Shown here piece by piece: positions 17,052 through 25,408 of a stretch of DNA of 31,726 nucleotides (the stretch's first letter is position 1; each line of letters begins with the position of its first letter). Source of the stretch: a virus (lineage: Duplodnaviria > Caudoviricetes); the IMG/VR virus record IMGVR_UViG_3300033067_000056, positions 1 through 31,726 of that record. One strand, 5' to 3'. A program made the translations under genes and the position numbers. Below the pieces are notes generated by a model, which saw nothing but the letters and a program-made list of their open reading frames with translations, was not told the DNA's origin and searched no databases.

Positions 17052-18008
17052 ATGGCAACTATACCTAATGCATATCTAAAATCTGATCCAGTTATCAGTC
17101 TACGCGATCCGCAACACGCGGCCCGTATGTTCACGGACGATAATTTTAGATTAGCACCTAAACAAAAGTTCTTATTCCATGTTGCGTTCAACATCAACCA
17201 GGCAGCACTAGTTACTCCTGCGCTTGGTTCTAGACATCGTAACGAAATTAACATGTTAGTTAAGACTGTTGACTTGCCTAACTTTACGATGAAGGTTGAA
17301 ACTATTAACCAGTACAATCGTAAAAAGAATATACAAACTGGTCATTCGTTTGCTCCGATTAACATCAAGTTTCACGATGACAACATGGGTCTAATTAATC
17401 AGCTGTGGCAAAACTACTACGGCTACTACTATGCAGATCCGCAAACTGCAAGCCAGCCAGGTACATATAATAGAACTGCAACTAGAAAAGGCACTTTTAT
17501 TACTAACAACTACGGTTTAGACAACGGAAGTACGCAACCATTCTTTAACTATATTAAAATTTATCAAATGGCTCGAGGCGAGTTTGTAAGCTACACTCTG
17601 CATAATCCTGTTATCAGTTCGTTTAATCATAACGGCTTAGACTATGCGGCCGGTACTGCACCGCACGATAATCAAATGGGTATACAGTTTGAAGCAGTAT
17701 CATATGACTCAGGGGTAGTATCAGCTGGAGATCCAGAAGGATTTGCACTTGAGCATTACGACTTAACTCCGAGCCCGTTAACTGGAACTGATGAAGGTTT
17801 AGTATCAGCTAGCCCTACTTTCTCAACACCGGCAGCTATACAGTCACAAGGTCTTAACTTTTTAAGTACCGCTATTGAAACTGTAAACTCTTATACAAAT
17901 ACCAAGCCGCTAGCCAAAGCAGGCAGTAGTGTCATTACTAATATTAGCGGAGTATCAACTCCGGGCACTGGCGGCTTGCAAGGCTTTGCTTTCCCACTAC
18001 CAAAATAA
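17052..18008 (+). CDS. Tail-tube-like baseplate/tube initiator protein (gp54/gp48-like)
   Basis: VKTVDLP, INIKFHDD, L.NP.I.SF...LDY tube-fold pattern; located after the tube gene. Confidence 0.55.
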   Translation: MATIPNAYLKSDPVISLRDPQHAARMFTDDNFRLAPKQKFLFHVAFNINQAALVTPALGSRHRNEINMLVKTVDLPNFTMKVETINQYNRKKNIQTGHSFAPINIKFHDDNMGLINQLWQNYYGYYYADPQTASQPGTYNRTATRKGTFITNNYGLDNGSTQPFFNYIKIYQMARGEFVSYTLHNPVISSFNHNGLDYAAGTAPHDNQMGIQFEAVSYDSGVVSAGDPEGFALEHYDLTPSPLTGTDEGLVSASPTFSTPAAIQSQGLNFLSTAIETVNSYTNTKPLAKAGSSVITNISGVSTPGTGGLQGFAFPLPK

Positions 18009-18011
18009 AAT

Positions 18012-18377
18012 ATGTCAAATTTACCATTACCACAAAGCGCAGATCGCGCCACTGAAGTTAAGTCGTTCTTTGATAAGTTTTATATCTCAGAAGTTAGCTT
18101 CCCAAGTAACCAGATTGATGCAGTAGTAGGCTTCTTCTTGAAGCGTGACTTTGATGCAGAAAGTGCTAGATCAACTGCTATTGTATTATTGAACCAAGCT
18201 CGCATTGATAATGTTAATGTATTCCAGCTAGTTGATACATTGAAAACACTAACCGATGTACAACTAAGTCAAGTTGTTGCACAGGTGCTAAACACTTATA
18301 GAGAGAAGGTTAGTTTATTAGGTTATAGAATTGCACCTATTGCAGACTTCTATGAATCTCGTAACATCCTAGTATAA
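18012..18377 (+). CDS. Hypothetical protein (virion module)
   Basis: 121-aa ORF tightly packed between structural genes. Confidence 0.7.
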   Translation: MSNLPLPQSADRATEVKSFFDKFYISEVSFPSNQIDAVVGFFLKRDFDAESARSTAIVLLNQARIDNVNVFQLVDTLKTLTDVQLSQVVAQVLNTYREKVSLLGYRIAPIADFYESRNILV

Positions 18378-18378
18378 T

Positions 18379-18816
18379 ATGGCATCAAAGTTTGCTCGTG
18401 GAAAATTTACTCCTAAAAATCCTGGCAAATATGTAGGCAACAAAGTCCCAACATATCGCAGTAGTTGGGAATGGAGTTTTATGAACTTTTGCGATACTAA
18501 TGAGAGTATACAAAAGTGGGCTAGTGAAGCTATTCAAATTCCTTACCGCGATCCGTTGACAGGACGCCACACAGTCTATGTTCCAGACTTCTTTATCCAG
18601 TATGCTGACAAGCAGGGTAAAACACATGTAGAACTAATCGAGATTAAACCAGCTAGTCAAGCAATCTTAGAGCGTGTGGGCAAGAACAAGTACAATCAAG
18701 CACAGTTTATTAAGAATCAAGCCAAATGGGCGGCTGCTAATATATGGTGCAGACAGCAGGGCTTGAAGTTCAGAATTGTCAGCGAAAATGATTTGTTCCA
18801 TACAGGCAAAGCATAA
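18379..18816 (+). CDS. gp4: Head completion nuclease, T4 gp4-like (TnsA-like PD-(D/E)xK fold)
   Basis: GKFTPKNP.KY.G, YRSSWE, WASE..IPY, Y.PDF, EIKP and AKW.AA motifs. Confidence 0.9.
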   Translation: MASKFARGKFTPKNPGKYVGNKVPTYRSSWEWSFMNFCDTNESIQKWASEAIQIPYRDPLTGRHTVYVPDFFIQYADKQGKTHVELIEIKPASQAILERVGKNKYNQAQFIKNQAKWAAANIWCRQQGLKFRIVSENDLFHTGKA

Positions 18817-18824
18817 GTAAAGTT

Positions 18825-19313
18825 ATGACTAAGAAACTCGAAGAAATCTTAAATTTACCTGAAAGCAAGAAGATTGTTAAACAGGAAGAAAAGAAGGCTA
18901 AAAAAGAAGAAGTAGCCCAGCTCTTTCTCCGCGACATATCAGAGTTCGATAAGATTGCAGCCGCACTACCAGCAGTAAAAGGCCTAGGTGATGCTAGCGA
19001 CGAAGAATTCGATGCCCTAGCAAAGCGAGCTACAGATGCATACGATGACCTAATGGACTTGGGTATGAATGTGGAAGCTCGTTACAGCGGCCGTATTTTT
19101 GAAGTTGCAGGCGGTATGTTGAAAAACGCTATCGATGCAAAAGCCGCAAAAATCGACAAGAAATTAAAGATGATTGAGTTACAGCTTAAGAAGCAAAAGC
19201 TAGATCAAGATGCTGCCGGAGGCGGCGACGGTGGAATTAGCATTCCTGGCGATGGAGTTATCGTCACTGACCGCAATAGCCTGCTTGCTAAACTTAAAAG
19301 CATGGATAAATAA
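18825..19313 (+). CDS. gp16: Probable terminase small subunit, gp16-like
   Basis: Helical protein with R.FEVAG.MLK followed by a coiled coil and a short ...DR..LL..L tail; lies upstream of the large subunit. Confidence 0.55.
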   Translation: MTKKLEEILNLPESKKIVKQEEKKAKKEEVAQLFLRDISEFDKIAAALPAVKGLGDASDEEFDALAKRATDAYDDLMDLGMNVEARYSGRIFEVAGGMLKNAIDAKAAKIDKKLKMIELQLKKQKLDQDAAGGGDGGISIPGDGVIVTDRNSLLAKLKSMDK

Positions 19314-19330
19314 TACATCGGGATTATACA

Positions 19331-19918
19331 ATGAAATCATTTAAAGACTATCTAATTGAAAGCAAACAAACTTACGAGTTTAAGATTAAACTTGCAGGTG
19401 ACTACGAAGATTGCACCAAAAAGATTAAAGAAGCACTTTCAAAGTTTGAAGTATCAAACTGCTCAGAAAGCAAGACAACTCCTATTCAGGAAACACAAGT
19501 TGACTTCCCAGACCATAAAAACATCGGCGTTACTATTGTTGATGTATGCTTGGACTATCCTGCTACATCAGCAGAAGTTCGCGCATTAGTAGCTGAAGCA
19601 TGTGGCTGTACTGAAAGTTGTGTTAAAGTACGCAACGAAAAAGAATTAGCTGAAGAAGAAGAAGTTAACAAACCTACAACAGAACAAGTGCTAGGTAAAG
19701 ACTATGCTAAAGAAAACAATCAAGGCATGGTAGGCGATAAAGGTGTTGCTAATTTCTTAAAAGAATTAAGCAAAGCTAAAACATCTCCAACACTAACACA
19801 GTACAAAGGTGTTAATGATAAAATCTTAGCAAAGAAAGCTCCTGCAGAAAAAGCAGTTAAAGCTGAAAAACTAACTGCATCTGCTAGCCCTATTAGCGGT
19901 AAGGCAAAAGGAAAATAA
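19331..19918 (+). CDS. Hypothetical protein, probable head-internal protein
   Basis: N-terminal MKSFKDYLIES resembles T4-type capsid-targeting leaders; GATAAATA at 19305-19312. Confidence 0.6.
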   Translation: MKSFKDYLIESKQTYEFKIKLAGDYEDCTKKIKEALSKFEVSNCSESKTTPIQETQVDFPDHKNIGVTIVDVCLDYPATSAEVRALVAEACGCTESCVKVRNEKELAEEEEVNKPTTEQVLGKDYAKENNQGMVGDKGVANFLKELSKAKTSPTLTQYKGVNDKILAKKAPAEKAVKAEKLTASASPISGKAKGK

Positions 19919-19919
19919 T

Positions 19920-20525
19920 ATGAATGAATTAAATTTTAGCTTTAGCGATCTATACAAGAAGATCCAAGCGATTGACGAATCAGTAGTAGAGCCAAAAGAC
20001 GAGCTTTCAGGCGGCGCTGGCGCATCTGATGAGTGTGGAAGCATGCCATCTAAAGGTATGGAAGCTCCACTAATGGGTGAAGCTCCTGTTGAAGAGTGTG
20101 GAATGGATATGATGCCTCGCCCGATGTCTTCACCTAAGCAAAGCGATTCAGTAACAATGAATGTTAGCATGAACGGCAGCGGATCAGGCGGCATTAAAGA
20201 TCTAATGCAAATCTTACGCAACATTGAATCAGGCAGTGAGCCAACTAATCCACATCCAGTAGATGCAAAAGCATTATTTGGAGATGAGGAAGAAGGTGTT
20301 AGCGAAGAACAGCAAGCCGCACATGACGGTAAGTTTGGCGACGCAACAACTAGCCCAAATGAAGTTACACTAGATATCGACTCTGTTATTCCAACTGGTA
20401 ACGACATGCACAGTAAAGGCAGCGAAGCTGAGAAAGTTAACGGCGGCGGCAACCCTTACAACTCTATAGATGAATCTTTGAAGTTTAAGTTGTTCAACAT
20501 GTACAACGAAATCAAAGGTCAGTAA
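19920..20525 (+). CDS. Hypothetical acidic low-complexity protein
   Basis: 201-aa ORF coupled to the upstream gene and followed by a terminator; repeated IDES motifs. Confidence 0.65.
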   Translation: MNELNFSFSDLYKKIQAIDESVVEPKDELSGGAGASDECGSMPSKGMEAPLMGEAPVEECGMDMMPRPMSSPKQSDSVTMNVSMNGSGSGGIKDLMQILRNIESGSEPTNPHPVDAKALFGDEEEGVSEEQQAAHDGKFGDATTSPNEVTLDIDSVIPTGNDMHSKGSEAEKVNGGGNPYNSIDESLKFKLFNMYNEIKGQ

Positions 20526-20541
20526 TTCGTCAGCAGTAACC

Positions 20542-20568
20542 AAAAGCCCACTTCGGTGGGCTTTTTTT
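20542..20568 (+). terminator. Intrinsic terminator with cUUCGg tetraloop
   Basis: AAAAGCCCAC-TTCG-GTGGGCTTTTTTT. Confidence 0.9.
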
Positions 20569-20582
20569 ATGTAAATAAAGTT

Positions 20583-22178
20583 ATGGCAAAATCACTAGAA
20601 GGCGTACTTGTTAAAAAGGCGCATACTCAAGAAAAGTTTACAGAAGCGCAAGTCCAAGACTTGTTAATGTGTGCTGATCCCGTTGACGGATACTTGCACT
20701 TTGCTAAAACATTTTTCTACATTCAACACCCTGTAAGAGGTAAAGTTCTATTTGAACCCTACGAATATCAAGTTAACTTGTTAGCTAGTTATCACGATTT
20801 CCGATTCAATGTAAACATGCTTCCTCGACAAAGTGGTAAGACTACTTGTGCATCAGCATACTTGTTATGGTATGCTATGTTCCATCCTGACCAGACTATT
20901 CTAGTCGCCGCGCACAAATATACAGGTGCCCAGGAAATTATGCAACGCATCCGCTACGGATACGAACTATGCCCTGACCATATTAGAGCAGGTGTTGTTA
21001 ACTACAACAAAGGATCAATGGAGTTTGAAAATGGTTCAAGAATTGTATCAGCAACTACTACCGGTAATACTGGTCGTGGTATGTCTATATCCCTACTATA
21101 CTGTGACGAGTTTGCATTCGTTCAGCCAAACATTGCAACAGAGTTTTGGACATCAATCTCACCAACACTAGCAACTGGTGGTAAGGCAATTATTACTTCA
21201 ACACCTAACAGTGACGAAGATACATTTGCGCTTATCTGGAAAGAAAGCCAGGACAAGTTTGACGAGTTTGGCAACGAGAAAGCAGACGGCTTAGGTCGTA
21301 ACGGCTTCCACGGATATAGAAGCTACTGGGGAGATCATCCTGATCGTGATGAAAACTGGAAGGCACAGGAACTAGGACGCATTGGTGAAGAACGATTCCG
21401 CCGTGAGTACGGATGTGAGTTCTTGGTATTTGATGAAACACTAATTAACTCTATTAAGCTGGCTGAACTTGACGGACGAGAACCTATTATGAAAATGGGG
21501 CAAGTTCGATGGTACAAGAGACCAACTCCGGGTAATACATACATTGCAGCCTTAGATCCTAGCTTAGGTACAGGCGGTGACTATGCTGCCATTCAAGTAT
21601 TTGAATTACCTAGCATGACGCAGGTAGCAGAGTGGCAACATAATATTACACCAATCCAGGGACAGATTAAACTGTTTAGAGAAGTATTGCGCTATATTCA
21701 AGACGAGCTAGGCGATGTTGCTATGAATAACATCTACTGGTCGGTTGAGAATAATACCGTAGGTGAAGCGGGCCTAGTTGTTATTCAAGACTTAGGTGAA
21801 GAAACATTCCCGGGATTGTTTGTAAGTGAGCCTGCTAGAAAAGGACATGTACGCAAATTCCGTAAGGGATTTAATACTACGCACGGCAGTAAGATTTCAG
21901 CTTGTAGTAGACTAAAGTTCCTAATTGAGGAAGACAAGCTAAAGATTAACAGCCGTCCGTTACTCAGTGAACTTAAGACATTTATTGCCGCAGGCTTAAC
22001 ATACAAAGCAAAATCAGGGCAACACGACGACTTAGTAGCGGCACTATTGCTAGTAATACGCATGAGCGTTATTTTAGCAGACTGGGATCCTAAGATCTTT
22101 GATACTCTAAGCGTTAACGGGCATGTAGACGAGGACTGGGAAGCACCCTTGCCTATCTTCATCTCTAGCAACATGTGA
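20583..22178 (+). CDS. gp17: Terminase large subunit
   Basis: Walker A PRQSGKT, Walker B LLYCDEFAF, ITSTPN, nuclease ALDPS and HDD motifs. Start set at ATG 20583 because the tracked GTG 20556 lies within the terminator. Confidence 0.95.
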   Translation: MAKSLEGVLVKKAHTQEKFTEAQVQDLLMCADPVDGYLHFAKTFFYIQHPVRGKVLFEPYEYQVNLLASYHDFRFNVNMLPRQSGKTTCASAYLLWYAMFHPDQTILVAAHKYTGAQEIMQRIRYGYELCPDHIRAGVVNYNKGSMEFENGSRIVSATTTGNTGRGMSISLLYCDEFAFVQPNIATEFWTSISPTLATGGKAIITSTPNSDEDTFALIWKESQDKFDEFGNEKADGLGRNGFHGYRSYWGDHPDRDENWKAQELGRIGEERFRREYGCEFLVFDETLINSIKLAELDGREPIMKMGQVRWYKRPTPGNTYIAALDPSLGTGGDYAAIQVFELPSMTQVAEWQHNITPIQGQIKLFREVLRYIQDELGDVAMNNIYWSVENNTVGEAGLVVIQDLGEETFPGLFVSEPARKGHVRKFRKGFNTTHGSKISACSRLKFLIEEDKLKINSRPLLSELKTFIAAGLTYKAKSGQHDDLVAALLLVIRMSVILADWDPKIFDTLSVNGHVDEDWEAPLPIFISSNM

Positions 22179-22188
22179 TAAATATACT

Positions 22189-24519
22189 ATGGACTCTAAC
22201 TTAGATAAAATTGCACTAGATTTGTATGGCAAAATACAAACCCGTTTCCCTAATATTCAAATGGGGGACGAAAACGCCACTGTGTTAAGCAGAAGGGCAG
22301 ATATTCCAAAGGCACGCTTCTTTGAATTTGAATACGAAGAAGGCGGTGAACCGCTAGGCACTATTGCTATTACACTAGATGCAGATGACGGTATTGTACT
22401 TCAAGTCAGCGGCGACTTAGTCAACGACAATGATAACACTACACATCACGGCGCATACAAGTTTATCAGATCTTTCAGACAATTTGCTAAAGATCGCTTG
22501 TTAAACTTTGATGTACAGAACATCGGAAAGAGCAATATGCAAAAGAGAGATTACGAGTTTCAGGCGAAACCTAAGGAACAACCAATGGAACCAATGATGG
22601 AAAACAAGATGTACGGTAACAATAAAATGAGTTACCAAGATTTAGGTGAGAATGCAAGACTTGTAGTTAAGCACAATGCGCCGGTAAACTTAGACTTGGC
22701 AGCAGGCCGCACAATGCACATTGAAAGCATCTATATCGAAAACGCACATGGCGAAAGATTTAAGTACCCTTTCAAACACCTTAACGGTGCTCGTGCTTTA
22801 GCAGAACATATTAAAGCAGGTGGAACACCATACGACGGCATTGGTAAACACATTTGCAGTCTAAGTGAAGAACTAGCAAGCCTACGCAAGTTTAAAGGTT
22901 ATGTTGGTCGTCAAGAACAATTATCAGAAGCAATGGATGATATTACAAGTGTAGTATTAGAGCGCATTGATTCTATCAAGAAAGAAATCCACAGCTTACA
23001 ACGCCCAGCATACTATCAAAGTTTTGCTGAGTCATTTGAAGAGCGTGAACAAAAAGCAATCCCAGAAGCAATTATGAATGACTGGATTGATCGTTTAACA
23101 ATCCGTACATTCAACGAAGAGCTAACAGCAGTGTTCCCATACATTTACAATCTAGTAGATGAGTCAATGGTTCCTGTTAAAGAAGTTAGCGCCGATGATA
23201 TCCTAAGCGAATTGAGCAAAGATACACTAAGCAATTACAGCGACAAAGCTGACATGGACATTGTCAAGAAGCATCGCAACCGTAGTGGTCAATCTGATGC
23301 AGGCGATGACGAAGCAGTTTCTAAAACAGACAAGCACATTGACAAGCGCATGAAAGGTATTGATCGTGCAGTTAATCGTTTGAATAAAGAAAGTTTAGAT
23401 CCTGAGTTAGCGTTTGAAAATTTCATGGATTCATTAATGGCTGAAGGACAAGACGAATTGTTTAGTCCTAACAAAGATGCACAGCAAACAGCTATTGAAA
23501 AACTAAACAAAATTATGGCAAAAGAATTGAAAGGCGGCCCAGAAGGCACTAACGCAATTCAAAGCCTAACAGGTATTATTGACAACCCTGAGTTCCTAGA
23601 GTCATTGAAAGATGTAGATCCGGACTTAGATGTACGCCCGTTGATTCAACAGTTTGTTACAGCTAATGCCCCAGAGATTGCATCCCAATTAAACTTTGGC
23701 GGTGAAGAAGGTGGACAGAGTGAGCCAGAAGCAGCCCCAATGCCTGCACCTGCTCCAATGCCAGAACCAGCTCCTGCACCAGCGGCAGCACCTCCTGCAC
23801 CAGTTGCAGAAGCTAAAGAAACTGCTGAGAAAGATGACAAGAAGCTAGGTCGTGCTCAGGCACTTAAGAAGTCTATTGAACTAGCTAAGAAAGCTGGCGC
23901 AACATTAGAGACACAAGTTGATTTTGGTAGCGGCACTAAGACTATCTCAGAAATTATCCAAGAGATCGGAATGACTCCGCAAGATGTTGGATTTGAGCAA
24001 GAAGATCCTTTACAAGCAATGTTAAAGTATGTTTCAGGATTCTGGAACAGAGAAGAAAAGAATTTCCCACTTGGTGGAGAGCGTGTTAAGATTAAAGTAC
24101 AGAAAGAGTTCGAAGACGGTCAATTTGGTAATGCTGACCCTAGAGCACTAGCACAGATCCTAGCGTTTATCGACAAGAAAGATCCTGGATCAGCACACGG
24201 ACAGCAACACGACATCTTGCGTTTGGCAGGACTTCCTGGACAAGACCGTGAAATGGATGAAGGTCCAGAAGACGCACAAATGGCCAAGTTAAATGACTTA
24301 ATGGCACAATTCAACAATATGAAAATCAAGTTCGGCGATAACGAAATTGATATGAGCAACCCAGATCAAGCAGGCGATCAGATCAAAAACATGATGGGTG
24401 GAATGATGAAGGGTGTACAAGGCCAAGTACCTAATCAAAACATTCAGTTCCCAGGCGGACAAATGAATCCTGCAGACATGATGAAGGACATCATGGGCAA
24501 AATTAACTTTGGAAAATAA
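22189..24519 (+). CDS. Large hypothetical protein, probable virion/head protein with Pro/Ala linker
   Basis: 776-aa ORF with GATAAATA at 22177-22184; modular, with a PAPAP tract and a Met/Gln/Gly-rich tail. Confidence 0.65.
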   Translation: MDSNLDKIALDLYGKIQTRFPNIQMGDENATVLSRRADIPKARFFEFEYEEGGEPLGTIAITLDADDGIVLQVSGDLVNDNDNTTHHGAYKFIRSFRQFAKDRLLNFDVQNIGKSNMQKRDYEFQAKPKEQPMEPMMENKMYGNNKMSYQDLGENARLVVKHNAPVNLDLAAGRTMHIESIYIENAHGERFKYPFKHLNGARALAEHIKAGGTPYDGIGKHICSLSEELASLRKFKGYVGRQEQLSEAMDDITSVVLERIDSIKKEIHSLQRPAYYQSFAESFEEREQKAIPEAIMNDWIDRLTIRTFNEELTAVFPYIYNLVDESMVPVKEVSADDILSELSKDTLSNYSDKADMDIVKKHRNRSGQSDAGDDEAVSKTDKHIDKRMKGIDRAVNRLNKESLDPELAFENFMDSLMAEGQDELFSPNKDAQQTAIEKLNKIMAKELKGGPEGTNAIQSLTGIIDNPEFLESLKDVDPDLDVRPLIQQFVTANAPEIASQLNFGGEEGGQSEPEAAPMPAPAPMPEPAPAPAAAPPAPVAEAKETAEKDDKKLGRAQALKKSIELAKKAGATLETQVDFGSGTKTISEIIQEIGMTPQDVGFEQEDPLQAMLKYVSGFWNREEKNFPLGGERVKIKVQKEFEDGQFGNADPRALAQILAFIDKKDPGSAHGQQHDILRLAGLPGQDREMDEGPEDAQMAKLNDLMAQFNNMKIKFGDNEIDMSNPDQAGDQIKNMMGGMMKGVQGQVPNQNIQFPGGQMNPADMMKDIMGKINFGK

Positions 24520-24520
24520 T

Positions 24521-25249
24521 ATGACAAAAAGAATGATCACTGAAAGCGAATTAGCATCGAAAGTTAGTTCACTAAAAGAAAAGCTAGCTAATGAAGCATG
24601 GTATAATCCAGCTACATGGGGTGGTGGCAATACAGGTGGTGGCGCCGCCACAGGCAATCCTAAGATTGCTGCTCAAGGCAAGAAAGCTGGTGCAACACCA
24701 GCACAAGGTGCTTCAACAACTCCAGTGGCTGCACCAGCAGGACAGCCAGATCCAAATGTCAAAGCACTACAAGACAAATTAATTGCAGCCGGTGCAAAAA
24801 TTAAAGCAGACGGCATTATGGGTCCAGCTACTAGAGCCGCCCAACAACAATTTCCAAATGTAACTACACAATCACCAGAAGAACAGGCAGTAGCAAAAGA
24901 CTTACTATCAGCAAATGATGGTTCAACTACTTCAGGCGCGGCACCTGCACCTCGTGATCCAAATGCAGGACTAGCTCCTGCGGCAGCTCCTGCGGCAGCA
25001 CCAGCAGAGAAAATGGCAGACGGCGGCCCTCCTCCAACACCAGAACAACTAAAATGGTTAGGCGGTGCAGACAAGACTGATCCAATTATCCTTGCTAGAA
25101 TGAGAAGTGCAGTTCCAAATGCTCCAGCGGCAGCACCGGCGGCAACACCAGCACCGGCGGCAGCACCGGCGGCAACACCAGTTGCAGAAAGTGAAACCAC
25201 TGGCTATAATGAGCTACAGCGCATTATGAGCATTATCCAACACAGATAA
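24521..25249 (+). CDS. Peptidoglycan-binding-domain protein with Ala/Pro-rich linkers
   Basis: VKALQDKL..AG..IKADGIMGPATRAA matches the PG_binding_1 pattern; start set at ATG 24521. Confidence 0.7.
   Translation: MTKRMITESELASKVSSLKEKLANEAWYNPATWGGGNTGGGAATGNPKIAAQGKKAGATPAQGASTTPVAAPAGQPDPNVKALQDKLIAAGAKIKADGIMGPATRAAQQQFPNVTTQSPEEQAVAKDLLSANDGSTTSGAAPAPRDPNAGLAPAAAPAAAPAEKMADGGPPPTPEQLKWLGGADKTDPIILARMRSAVPNAPAAAPAATPAPAAAPAATPVAESETTGYNELQRIMSIIQHR
25121..25180 (+). repeat. 30-bp tandem duplication encoding APAAAPAATP x2
   Basis: gctccagcggcagcaccggcggcaacacca / gcaccggcggcagcaccggcggcaacacca, 2 mismatches. Confidence 0.85.
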
Positions 25250-25289
25250 TATATTGGTGAAATAAAACCACATTTAAGCAAGAAATCTC

Positions 25290-25318
25290 TTGCAATGATA
25301 AATAAAAGCGTATACAAT
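25290..25318 (+). promoter_or_regulatory. Sigma70-type promoter for gp32 with a late-type motif in its spacer
   Basis: TTGCAA-N17-TACAAT; GATAAATA at 25297-25304. Confidence 0.7.
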
Positions 25319-25340
25319 AACATGTATGCGCTTTTTGTTT
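25305..25340 (+). terminator. Probable intrinsic terminator overlapping the gp32 promoter
   Basis: AAAAGCGTATACA...TGTATGCGCTTTT (one G-U pair) followed by TTGTTTT. Confidence 0.6.
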
Positions 25341-25408
25341 TAAGGTAGATCCGTAAAACAATACTAGGCAAATTAAAGCACATAAAGGCATATTACAGGA
25401 GAACTATT

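Noticed and set aside
18379-18816. Tn7 TnsA transposase / mobile element
   Set aside because: The TnsA-like fold is expected for T4 gp4 head completion protein, and no tnsB/C or transposon ends are present.
13623-24657. Numerous antisense ORFs in the track (e.g. 13623-13976, 19871-20452, 21785-22174, 24298-24657)
   Set aside because: They lie opposite well-supported genes, lack RBS or promoter motifs and look like shadow frames.
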